From assembly GCA_000708835.1 (NCBI GenBank), contig DF237103.1, positions 105,185 through 169,184 on the forward strand: a stretch of 64,000 bases of DNA, in the 5' to 3' direction. The stretch comes from Klebsormidium nitens. Lineage: Eukaryota; Plantae; Klebsormidiophyceae. Position numbers and translations under genes: made by a program. Below, piece after piece: positions 52,364-64,000 of the stretch. A model generated the notes under the pieces. The model was not told the origin of the DNA and searched no databases. It saw only the letters and a list, made by a program, of their open reading frames with translations. The first letter of the stretch is position 1. The number at the start of each line of letters is the position of its first letter.

Positions 52364-55300
52364 ATGCGTGCTAAGCGGGTTCGAACGGTGGGCCTGCGGG
52401 CCCTCCAGGTCTGCGCCCTCTTCCTAGCTGGGGCGTGTGGCGCCTCGTTTATCAAGTCTGCACGCGTCGCAGAGAAGACATTTCCGGGCCAGTCCCCAGC
52501 TGCTGTGTTCCAAGATGGTCAGCAAGATGTGAGCTCAACAGTTCTGGCTGGTGCCACTTTCGGAGCTCACCACCGAGAGCTCCATAGAGCAGCTCAGAAG
52601 GTGGCTTTGCAAGCAAGGAACGAGACGAGGGCCTTCGTGGATGCGCTCCATGCTGCCATGATTCGGGGACAAGCAGGTCAGTGGAAGTTTAGTGCCATTC
52701 TTCAGTGCAGATTGTTTCAAGAAACCCATACAAATGATCGCTGAGCTTGTTGCCTTGCGGGGCATTGCACAGTTGCCGCTGGTGTCTAAGGATTCAATCG
52801 AGTTCGCTAGGATCACTCAACGACGTCAGGATCAAGCATAGATGCGTTTGGTACGGCTCGAAGGTAAACCAAGTAGAGACACTTTGTTCTGAACAGTGAA
52901 TGGAGCAGGTGAAGAGAACGTGCTTGTAGCTGAACAGCGTCGAGACGAAAGCTAGTAACATGGCCAGTTTTCTGGCTGATGCTGATCAGGCAAAAGGTTT
53001 GCAAGGATGCTGTTGAAAAAGCTGACCAAACAGAACTCTTATAAGTGCTTCTCTGTTGCGAGATTCGCCTCACCTCCAGTCACATACACACAACGCTTAA
53101 GGCCGGACCTGACACTACAAAGCGCGCCCGCCAGTTTGAGGTCGTAGATTACTCCAGACTTCAGGCTATCCTCACATAGGTGTGTCCAACGCCAGGACAG
53201 ATTTGATTAAAAATCAAGAACCAAGACGAAACATTAAGACTTTTTAAAGGGCCCACAACAAAGTTCAGAGATTTATGATACTTTGTAGAACCACTGCAAT
53301 CCCTTGTTTTCACAGGCTAATGCAAACAGAATACTTCATGCAAAAGAACATTCTTGGCACCCATAAATAATCAGTTTCGCACATGAGCGTCTCCTTACAG
53401 AAGCGGTGGGCGCTTCGATCAACAAAAACCTGGGGGCCAGGCAGAGCTCTCAGGGCAAGTCGCAGAAGTCTAGTAAGCACAGCCAGCGCAAGCACGCCAA
53501 GGCCAAGAAGCAAGATGCGCAAGTGAGGGGGACCCACTTAGACGTGCCACTGGAAGAGCTTGGACTGTCGCCCCAGGCGGTGATTGAGCTGAGGGCCAAA
53601 AACGAGCAAGAACGACAGGTGAGCTCTTGATGGTTATTAAGTTGAGGTGCATTCTTCTTGTCTCTTCACTGTGCGGCTGGTCGAGAATCCAAACATGCTT
53701 TTCCTAACCCCTTTCTTCATTAAAGGACACTCGATTCGACACCGCATCAATACACAGATGCTTTGCTTGATGCCTTGAGGACTTTCTTCATTGCTACCCC
53801 TGACCATTTGAGAACACGTCCCCTGCTGCAGGCCCGTCTGGCAGAAGTGCGGGCCCAGTTCTACAAGCGGCGTCCAGGGCTCTCTGATGCGGAGCCCGGC
53901 TCCCTGCGGGGGGACCACATGGTTCAAGAGGAAGTGGCCACAGCTCGAGATGCGGAACTTTTTAAGGTGGGCTTAGTTCCATCTTTTGCAATTGGCCGTC
54001 GATCCTGTTGCTGCTAGTCGGAGCAGGGTGGGATTCCCGCTGTGCTTCATTCAGATCTAGAAGCGGAGAAGGCAGCTTGCTCGGCAGCTTGCTCGCTGCA
54101 AAGATTTCGACTTCGTACTGATTTTCAGGCCCATATGTGATCGGTTTGTTTCGGTTTCAACGACGAGTTTTACGGATTTGGGCTCGCTCTCATGATCGCG
54201 TCGCCTCTTAACATGAGAAGGCTCAGAAAAAAAACAGCTGCTGTTGCATCAGTTCTCAACTTGCTCCACCCGTCGCTCGGCCGGCGTCGAGGAGCATATG
54301 AAGTTCGCTTTGAGCCCATCAACCCAGGGTGTGGGGATTGACCCTCACAATCTGCCCTAGATCCATTGAAGCAACAACCGATCCATGACTTATGCAAACA
54401 CCTGGTTTGGCTTTCAAACCACTGCATACGTCTGCACGGTCTTGTTCTCGTCCACTACGCGAGTTTGCAAGGATCTTTTCATGATGAAGCTTGCCCTAGT
54501 CCGTTCAATATTCAAGCTGTATACTCTTCTCTTCCAGTCCGACTAGAAACCCCTATCTCTCCAGCTCTTCTCCAAGAAGCACGGCTTGTCCTACATGCGC
54601 CGCCAGCAGCACGCAAAGCGGCCTGAGACGCTCCGGCTAGAGGAGACGGCAGTCGGGAGGGAGGCCCGAACGCTCATACAGACGGTGGAGGCAGATGCAA
54701 CGTAAGCTTCTCACAATGTTTCCTCTGATTCGTGAGCAATATGGCGCCTCGTTGAAGTGCTGGACTTGCGGTCCTAGTAGATCAACGTGGGGCAGCCCCG
54801 TCGGTTTTCGCTGGAAGCGATAGCCTTCCAAAACAATCGAGCGGCTTGTAGGGGTCCGTCACTGGAGATGACCTCGGCCCTTTCTCGGGCCATTTCGTCT
54901 GCAGACTGTAGCCCGCTATTTTGCCATCTCGCTTGAGAATTCTAGAAGAGTCTACAAATTCGACCAACGAAACATACAAGACGCTGACAGACATCGCGAG
55001 GGGTCGCCGTTCATCATTTCAACTCAAGTGAAGATCAGATTCCAGTCTATATCTGCATACGTGCCAACCATCGTTGTTCGCGGGTCTTTTCGAGCGGCCT
55101 GCCGTCTTCTGAAGGCTCACTGAAACATCTGCATACATCTGCAAACATCTGCAAACATCATTGGCAAGACTCAAGAAATCGTGTGCCAAGCCAACAGGTC
55201 TGTGCTTGCAGGCGGTGTGCCAAGCTTTCGGACCGCCGAAGTGTCCGAGTGGTGGTGGCGGGCATGTCCGAATCGGGGCGGCTTTGGTTGTTAACGGCCG

Positions 55301-57135
55301 TAAGGGCGCTCCTCGGAGCAGCGTATGGGGAGGAAGAGCTGGCTGAGAGCCGGAAAGATGGGTCCGTCGCAGTGAACGGGACCCGGGCTCTCGAGGTAAG
55401 TCAGCTTCTCAACATCTGGGGTCCTCTTGAGTACGAGCAAGGTTCTAAACAACGTTCCTGGTATCACGGGTGGTATGACGGGTTTTCGAAATGACCGTCG
55501 TGTATATTGAGAGCTGGTCAAATCGCAACAGTCTGGTTTGACGGCTTCAAACTCAAGTGGCCGCGAAGTATCTGTAGTGAGGTCGATGAAGCAGGAAATT
55601 CCGAAAGTGTCTGCTGCCGCAGTCTCGTCGATCTGGACCACGGAATATCCAGGAACCCGTACCGCAGCGCCCAAGGTCTCTGACTATAACGCCCTGGACA
55701 CGGAGGAATCAACTAGACTTGCTGAGAACATTCCGACCGGTAAACGTCGCCCCGAGATCAGAAATTTTCCAACCCGAGCTTCTGATAGCTTGTAGACCGA
55801 GTTTCGAAAATTGACAAGGCGTCTCACGGCGCGACAAGCAAGTAATCAAATGATTGGATTCTGCGTGCAGATCCTGTCGAAGAGCCCGTACGCCATTGTG
55901 GCTGTGGAGGAGTTCGACGCGAAGCTCCTGGCCGCGGCGGACTACGTCTTCCTCACGCACCAAGACCCTCGCAGCGAGTTTGCAGAGCGCGCGCAGAAGG
56001 GCGACGGAAAGCGCGCGCCAACGCTGCACCGCGCGTTCCAAGAGCACGGCAGGTGGCTGCAGCACGCGTGCGCGGACAGCGCGCACGAGCGCGCGGCGGG
56101 AGATGCGGTGAGAGCGCCGGGCCATCGCTTGCAGTGGACGTTAATCGAGGCGTCGGTAATGACGCAGTGGTGCATAAGCAGGCGTTTCTTCGTGAGAAAT
56201 TCGATCAGGCTAGTTCATCAGCAACGGTATCTCCTCACAAAGGGTGCTCCAGTTCGAAGATTCTGTAAGTTGTGCTTCAGCTGACCCTTTACGCCGCGGT
56301 GCAGAGAAAGTCATGTCGCAGTTTCTGCGGAGAGCACAGCGAAGCCTTCTCAAGACTTGGCCTTGCATCTCTTTGAGGCATGCTTTGTAGGACTTTCGGA
56401 AAATATATCGATTTGATTTGCCCCAGCATCCATGTCTGACAACGGCAGAATGGCAACGGAAAGACAAGGTCCTAATGCAGCAGCATGAGATGCTCAACAA
56501 AGCGATATTGATATCCACTTTGAAGTTCCAAGTCGGCTGCTCCAAAGTGGAAGCTGTTGAAAATTGACCAGCAGCAAAAGAATAAATGGTTTTTGACTTT
56601 CACTTTCAATTCTACGATTCTCTGATCCATCTTGATCCAGTTGATCTTTCCCGAGACGCCTCTCTTTTCGCTACCCTGACATATAGAGGACCCTTTATCC
56701 GGCATCGAAGCGGGTCCCCAGACAAAATTCTCACCTTTCGCGGCCTTCCAATCAACTTCAACGTCCAAATCCCTGATTTTACGTCGTCCATCCTGACAGT
56801 TGGGTGAAATCAGCCGGCTGACCACCCTGCTCTGCCTCCCGGGCATCGATCCCGGGGAAATTGCGGGGGTGATACAAGAGGAGCTCGACCGGTCGGGGTA
56901 CGAGTCCCCGGTCACAACGGGGTCGTCGGACGACGTGTCTTACCGGAAAGTTGTGCTCCCGGGTGAAATAACCGAGCGCGTCGAGCAGGCGTTTGGAACG
57001 TGGATGGCTCTGCACGGATACCGGGTGAAAAACCAGGCGGGGCAAGCGGGCCTGATTGGTGCGAGCGAGTTGCTTTCGGGTACTGTGCTTCGTGTGCAAA
57101 ACTGTCCCCGGCGGCCGGAAGCGGTCTCCTTGTGA
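52364..57135 (+). CDS. Type II membrane protein with a degenerate sulfotransferase-like (P-loop fold) C-terminal domain; about 519 aa
   Basis: Phase-compatible exons 52364-52676, 53401-53618, 53832-53966, 54565-54701, 55212-55395, 55871-56107 and 56800-57135 total 1560 nt. N-terminal signal anchor (ALQVCALFLAGACGASF). VVVAGMSESGRLWL resembles the 5'-PSB loop, VFLTHQDPRS resembles the 3'-PB motif, and ERVEQAFGTWMALHGY resembles the C-terminus of sulfotransferases. The exon model is firmer than the function. Confidence 0.6.
55124..55159. repeat. Short intronic tandem repeat (AACATCTGCA-like, about 3.5 copies)
   Basis: AACATCTGCATACATCTGCAAACATCTGCAAACATC seen directly. Confidence 0.8.
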
Positions 57136-58390
57136 GTAGTCGGTATTAGAATGTTAGAAAAGTCCGAACTCTACAGAAGTTTGCAAGATAACGGTCAGGC
57201 TTCCAGAAGTCTTCCGATACTCTGTCGACATGCAGAGTTTCGTGGCAGCTTGAGTCTGAGATGCTCTGTCTTTGTTACTAAAAGGGCAGACGGCTGCAAA
57301 CTTATGCGGCGCTCGAAAAGGTGCTGGAGACATGAATACTAGCGATCACATTGAGCTATGATTGCTATTTTTGGACTAGCACGATGCCACGCAGTTGATG
57401 TGCTCAGACAAGGTGCAAATAAGAATACAATTTTCGCGGGTTATGAAACAGCAGAGCCAGCAGCCCAGAGAGCCCTTGCGAAGAACAGGATGCCTTCAGC
57501 ACTATTTTTTATGTGCCTTACATCTTCGAGGATCAGAAGCCATTCAGAACTACGATAATCTGTTCCATATGCTCAGGAAGCACAGCGCTCCAAGGTCTGG
57601 GCACTTATGGGCGCCGAAGCTGATCATGCTGCTACCCTGGAAATGAGGATGAGGCGAAATTACTTCGCCTTCAGTTGCACCATAAGGAAAACTTGACGTA
57701 AAGATTTTCTGATCACGTGTTGTCAACTTAGGGTTAGCAAACGTCGTAATAAACTATAACGAGTGACACCGTTTGCATGGTATAGCACGACGTCATGCTT
57801 CAAGCAGCTGAGATTGCCTTGAAGGATCTCTGATCGGCAGGCCGCTAAGCTGCAGTACTCAGAAGTACGTTCACGCTCTCTGACCGTCCCGTGTACTTGA
57901 AAGCGTTTCTCGACCGTTCGATAGGGCCGAGGGCTAAAAAGAGGACATGAACATCGAGCTTGTCGCAAGGTTTATGATCGTCAGTAAGCCATGCATAGGG
58001 CCGCCTATCGCAGTTGTGGGATCGCGTTGTGAACGGCATGAAAGAATCATTGGGTACGATGCGGTACAGACCGGAACAGTGGATCTGGTTCAATCATCTC
58101 ATCGGTGATGTGACGGCATGTCAAAGCTCGTTTTAGACCATGGCCATATGCAGTACAGACCGGAAAAGCCAGCCTCAGGACTCGGATTTTAGGTTTGGTT
58201 CGAGAAACCCGGATCGGCGCCTGCTCAAACCCAGCTTTTGCATGCATGTGAAGGAAGGGGCAGCAATGGAAGAGGTGGAAGTTGTGGCATATTTATGATC
58301 AATGTAAGACTTAGAGGAGGCACGCCTTGAAGAGCGGCGGCAATCTTGAATTTCGTTCTAATCACATCGCTAAAAGTCTCCTGCAATGCA

Positions 58391-60230
58391 ATGATGGATG
58401 AAGATATGGACTCCACCGTAGAACGCTGTGCTGCTTTGCTGATTTCGGACGACGCAGACCAGGTCCAGAGCGCTGTTAATCTCTTGAAGAGCGTCTATGC
58501 GTCTGGAGATGGAGGGGTGGACACATTTGCTACAATTGTCCAAGAGATTGCTGAATGTCAGGGAGGCAGTGTTTTGTGGCAACTTCTGCTGCTAACGCTG
58601 GGCCAATCTTACGCGGAAGTTCTGGAGAAAGGATTCAACCACTTTCACTCCTCCACCCTGGCGCTTGCGCTGCTTACATCGAGCAAAGTCGTTGTGGAGA
58701 GCTATTTGAGGGAGGGGTTCGGTACAGACGAGAAGGAGAATGCTCGGGAGATCTTGACGCGGCTGGTTCGGCAGACTGTCGGAATTGCGCGCATGCAGTT
58801 TCAAGAGAACAAGGTATCCAGGGCTTTCGGCACTCTAGTGATCGTTCCTTCGTTGGAATGCCTGGCCAACTTTGCACGGAGATCCAAGGTCTTCCGAGAC
58901 GCCATCAAGGAGTGCGCTGAAAATGGCAGCATCTTCGACCAGTACAAAACCCTTCTTTCAGCTGAGACTCTTGCAGCTGTGTCGCCTGCCAGCCAAACCG
59001 TGAGGGTCCGGTTTCACCTTGCCAGTATAGCTGTATCTCTGGCATTCTCAGCGGACAGTCAGATGTGGGCCATTGACATGGGCCTCCTCAAGCTGTTAGC
59101 GGCAATCTACGAAGCAACACCTCTGCGGGAGCTTTCGAAACGGTCCAAGCGGCACAAGTCTCCCGCATTCCGCTGCAACAAAATCCTGCTCCGCTTGCTC
59201 GACTCGGACGCGACGGCGGAGAAGCTGCTCGCGCACAACGCGCTCTCGGGTTTCCGGCCCCACAGGCGGAAGATCAACGGCGCGGAACCGGAGTTCGTTG
59301 CTTGGGCATTCTATCAGCGGAGGTTCCAGGGCGAAAAAATACCTATAGGCACCGTAATGTCCGCTGAGGACTGGAAACTGGCAGAGCAAGCCTGGAACGG
59401 AGATCTCCAGGTCCCTGTTATGTGCTCGTGGAGGCTGTGCGCGGCCGAGCGGGAGCCGGTGGTGGGGAAGGGGTTCAGCAAGTGCGGGCGCTGCCATACT
59501 GCGCGATACTGCAGGTACGTTCGACTTTTAGGAAGACATTAAGTGAGGGACGGGGCTTCCAATCCTGGCGGCAGCTCCCTTTTCCCCTTTCTTGCAGTGT
59601 CGACACTCTAGACTCCTGACGCAGCAGGCTTTCTATTTCACTTCGTCCGACGATCCCTTCTCTTCAATGGGAGCTTCGTACAATTAATTAAGCGAACGCC
59701 CGCAGTGGAGCGGGTTTGAGGTCTCTATATCGTACAATACAAAGCCTCGTCGGGCGGAAGGAAACAATCCTGTAGCCTTGATGACTGCGATTGTCTGAGC
59801 CATTGTTCTTTCTGCTTGATTGAAGCTGATTGAACATTATACTTGAATTCTCTGCAATTTTGCCTTCCTGTCCAAGTTTGGTACTCAAGGCGCCACCAGT
59901 GAGCCCACGATCAACGCGATTAAAGTTTTGTTGGCGAATGTTGAAGTATCATCATTTCAAAACGTCATCCAATATGAAGACGGTGAATCTTAGCGGGTGC
60001 TGTGTTCCCACTTTGCAACTAAATATTAGCTTTTCTTGACTCAAACGTTTATGATCATGAAAAGCCTGATAAATTATGAGAAGCCTGAATAAGCGAGAGG
60101 CGCAGAACTTCTGGTTTTCTGCAGCAAGGAGCACCAGAAGCTGCACTGGCGGACGCACAAAGTCCACTGCGAGGCAAACCAGGCGACCGCGAAGGAAGGG
60201 GTCTCAGTAGAGCCGGGCGCGTCAAACTAA
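58391..60230 (+). CDS. MYND-type zinc finger protein, paralog 1 (helical N-terminal domain plus C-terminal MYND); about 409 aa
   Basis: Exons 58391-59514 and 60125-60230. C-terminus CSWRLC...KCGRCHTARYC|SKEHQKLHWRTHKVHC. Confidence 0.85.
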
Positions 60231-61612
60231 CTGTTGCACTGTGGTACAAGTAGGGCAAGATTTAAGATGGTGTGGAGCAAGACGAGCTATCGACGGTGAC
60301 GATCAACATTGGAAAACAGCTGGATCTGGTGTGTCACGGACAAAGCAGATCAGCAAGAGATGGATCGCGCTCATTAGGCGCTGATCGAAGCAGGGCGTCC
60401 TCGTAGATCGAAAGGACTCATCAATCCTGTGTCATTGCGGGCTTTGAGGGTTGGTCCAAGTTTGTATGTACCGTTCAACGGGCCCATTGGAAGCAGATTT
60501 GCCATTGTACGTGTATCAACGCTTCGAAATGATGAAGCATGATGTCTTGACTTCAAGAGGTCACACAGAGGTCAACTCTGACCCGCTCGAAGCGTCTCGA
60601 TGCATACATGCCTCAAAAGCCTTCCTCCTGAGATAGCTTACAATCACACCATTGTATCAACACGCACGAAGATCAAGAGTTTGGTGCTACCTGACTCTGA
60701 GCATGCTGTAGCTAATATTCTCGGACTTTATAATAGGTCAGGCTGATTCGGTTTACCCAACAATCATCGAGAAAGAAATCCTCAGCTGATAGCAGGCTGT
60801 TTGCTTCTGAGACTGTAAATAAGGTTGTTCACGTCCTGGGTTTGGATGTCTGAGCTGCAAAGCACAGGGTTACCGTGTCTGAACAAATAGGGGAAATCGA
60901 GTCAATCTTGCAGGTGATGTGGCAAGCGATGAGAATGATACGATACTCAGTCAGCTTCACTTTTAAAAGGCAGGCTCGACAGCTCTTTTGACCACATGCA
61001 AAATGAAGCAAGATCTTATGTTCATCAAATTTTGTCATAGAAAGTCTTGTCTTGGAAAGGGTTGTTAACCACTCACAATTTCGACTTGCATGATCACTTT
61101 AGCCTACCAATCACGTTGCGTCAGAGTCGATACACATACCGGCAGCGCAAAGCTGGCGCAAAGCTGCGGTTCTCATTCAAATGACCGTCCGTTTAGTTGA
61201 AAGCATCTCTCACCTCTTTGATATATTTTACGGCCGTAGGATTGAGTGCACCAGTACGTTGACGCGATCAACAACGGCGATCGTCAATATGCTGCAATCA
61301 GCGGGCGGCGCTCAGTTCGCCAGTCGCATCGCATCGAGGGCTTGAATTTATGGTGTGAAGTCCAGTTCCAGGAGTGCCACTTGCCAGTACAGATGATTAC
61401 AAATTAGAAGAGCAGAGCTCGATCATTCGACTTCATCGGCGCGTGCCAGGGGCTTGCATGCATGTGAACCGAAAGAGCAGCGGCAGAAAGAGCTGAAGCA
61501 GTGGCGCATCTTATTGTGGCGCATCTTATTTTTCGAGGCAAACAAGAGGCATGTCCCTGGAGGGCGGCGGAAGGTTGGAGTATCTTTTCAAGAACACCTT
61601 TCTTTGTTTGCC

Positions 61613-63348
61613 ATGATGGAAAAAATCCTTGACCTCACTGTAGAGCGCTACGCTGCGTTGCTTACGTCGAACGACGCTGACCAGCTCAAAGTGGCATACG
61701 ACCTGCTGCCCGAGCTGTATGGTGGATCTTATAGAAATGGAAGGGGGGAAGCATTCGCTAGGGTTGTCCAGGAGATAGCTGCGTATCAGGGAGGCAGAGT
61801 TCTAAAGCGACTTCTGCCTTCAACGCTAGGCCGATCCTTCGAGACTTCTTTGACGGAAGGACTCCGTCACTTCACCTACTCCATTCTGGCGCTTGCCATG
61901 CTTACGTCAAGCAAGGTCGTTGTGGAGCGCTATTTGAGGGAGGGATCTGGGCCAGACGAAAAGGAGAACGCTCGGGAGATCTTGTCGCGGCTGCTTCGGC
62001 TGACTGTCAGGATTGCCCGCACTTTGCAAGGGGACAGGGCATACAGTACGTTTCGCACCCTGGTGATAATTCCTTCATTGGAATGCCTAACGAACTTTGC
62101 GCGAGGATCCAAGATTTTCCGAAACGCCATGAAGGAGTGCGCTGAAAATGGCAGCATCTTTGAACAGTATAAAGCCCTTCTCTTTGCGGAGAGTTCTGCA
62201 GATGAGTCGCCTGCCAGCGAAACCAAGATGGTTCGGTTTCACCTAGCCAGTATGGCTGTCTCTCTGGCATTCTCAGCGGATAGTCAGATGTGGGCCCTTG
62301 ACATGGGCCTCCTCAAGCTGGTAGCGGCAATCTACGAAGCAACACCTCTGCGGGAGCTTTCGAAACCGTCCGAGCGGCGCAGGTCTCCCGCGTTCCGCTG
62401 CAACCAAATCCTGCTCCGCTTGCTCGAATCCAAAGAGACGGCGGAAAAGCTGCGCGCGCACAACGCGCTCGCGGGTTTCCGGCCCCACAGGCGAAAGATC
62501 AACGGCGCGGAACCGGAGCACAATACTTGGGCTTTGTTCGAGCGGCGGTTTCAGGGCCTGGATGAACCGTGGGGAACGAAGCTGTCCGCTGAGGCCTGGA
62601 AAGACGAAGAGCAGGGGTGGAACGGTTATCTTCGAGTCCCGGTCGTGTGCTCGTGGAAGCTCTGCGCGGCCGGTCGCGAGCCGCTGCTGGGGAAGGGGTA
62701 TAGCAGGTGCAGCCGCTGTCAAGTTGCGCGCTACTGCAGGTACGACCCCAGCGTATCTGCAATCAACCTCTCCAATTCTCCAAAACTTTTTACAACTGTA
62801 GGGTGCACCTTCTTCGACCACACTCATACGATCTGCGGAAGCCATGTCGGGCGAGACGAAATAGGATTCCAATCCTCAGTTTGAAGCCTTGGCGATAGGT
62901 TTGTCTGGCCAAATCCGGGTCGGCTTGATCATCCGTACTGCGTTTTGGCCACGATTAGCTTCTCAGTCAATTTCCCGGTCATCCTGGTTCTCAGAGCGTC
63001 ATCAGGTGAATCTACGATTGATGCGAACAGTGCTGTTCTTATCAAGAAGATGCCGAATATTGTCCCGGCATGTTCGAAATCGTCGAAGATCCGACGACTT
63101 TCTTTGCAACGGAACCTTCATTTTAAGCAAGTACTGAGTACTCAAAACTTTGCAGAACCTCCCTTTAGCTTTGGCGCAATCAAAAGTGGGAATAATTAAG
63201 AAGCGCAGATATTCTTTGTTGTTGCAGCAAGGAGCACCAGAAGCTGCACTGGGTGACGCACAAAGTGCACTACGAGACGAAGCAGGGGAAAGAGGTCGGT
63301 GGAGTCGGAAGCGTCAGTGTAATACCTCACTGTGGTATAAGAGTATAA
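61613..63348 (+). CDS. MYND-type zinc finger protein, paralog 2 (tandem duplicate); about 415 aa
   Basis: Exons 61613-62739 and 63228-63348, with the same single intron position and phase as paralog 1. Long near-identical stretches (AFSADSQMWA.DMGLLKL.AAIYEATPLRELSK); C-terminus RCSRCQVARYC|SKEHQKLHWVTHKVHY. Confidence 0.85.
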
Positions 63349-64000
63349 GTAGGACGATATAGAAGACGGTGTGGAGCAAGAGTGATTTAAGGATGACAAA
63401 AGCTGGTTTTCCTGCGCGAGGCACAAAGCAGATCAGCGAGCGATAGCTATCAAAATGGTAATTTGTGCTGACTTCGACGCAGGGCGTCAGCTTGTGAATT
63501 ACAAAAATTCTGAAGTCCGGCGTCAATAGCTGTATGCAGCGCGCGCTTGTCTCTACCATCTGATCGGCAGATCGGAAGTAGACTCATGTGTCTCAACGCT
63601 TTGCAAGGACGATATGAGAGATTTTTAATTTTAGCTACAGAAATAGAGTCTGCCCCGCACGGGAAGCGCACCGTTCCTCAGCCCATACATTGATACATAC
63701 TTCGAATACTTCCAATTAAGGTAGCCTACAATCACATCATTGTGGTCGGCGCGCGCACGAACATGTACGTAGGAGCAGCCAGCTGTACGTGGCTAGAATG
63801 TTGCGCTGCCACCCGCGATCGAGCTGATTGTATGACCCGGGAGGACAAGCACCATGCACTTCCTACTTTTGGACCGTCCCCTATTATCAGATTATGGGGC
63901 GGTAGATCACGCTAGCTTGACCTCCGGCCAAATCGATCATTGTGTTTGCTCTGAATGCTGAGTGCACATGCATGAAGCTGCTCATCTATCTGGTACGCGT

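Noticed and set aside
56472-56915. 147-aa minus-strand ORF in the sulfotransferase-like gene
   Set aside because: It is antisense to exon 7 and its intron, with no recognisable domain.
58170-58240. tRNA-like GGTTCGA motif
   Set aside because: No cloverleaf stems or A-box are found around it.
62273-62872. 199-aa minus-strand ORF (and the similar 59096-59497)
   Set aside because: These are antisense shadows of the GC-rich MYND gene exons.

Overview
Intron-rich eukaryotic nuclear DNA with GT-AG introns. The gene set (EPC1, LUC7, UBP6, SCEP1-like, plus a flagellate-type centrin) suggests a streptophyte alga such as Klebsormidium; this is an inference. I reconstructed 12 spliced protein genes by hand from splice sites and reading-frame phase: EPC1/GT64 (partial), an RH26/Mss116-type DEAD-box helicase, MAM33, a SCEP1-like synaptonemal-complex coiled-coil protein, PIG-U, UBP6, centrin, PRP19, LUC7, an RNF126/RING1-type E3, a sulfotransferase-like type II membrane protein and two tandem MYND-finger paralogs. 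One further exon near 47 kb is unassigned. No rRNA, tRNA, CRISPR or intact transposon was recognised. Main points of interest: a pair of candidate mutually exclusive exons encoding alternative ends of the second zinc finger of LUC7; an 11-exon homolog of the plant synaptonemal-complex central element protein SCEP1; duplicated decoy 3' splice sites in the helicase and PRP19 genes; an inverted paralog remnant in a helicase intron; and a phased telo-box array. All family assignments come from remembered sequences and motifs, not database searches.
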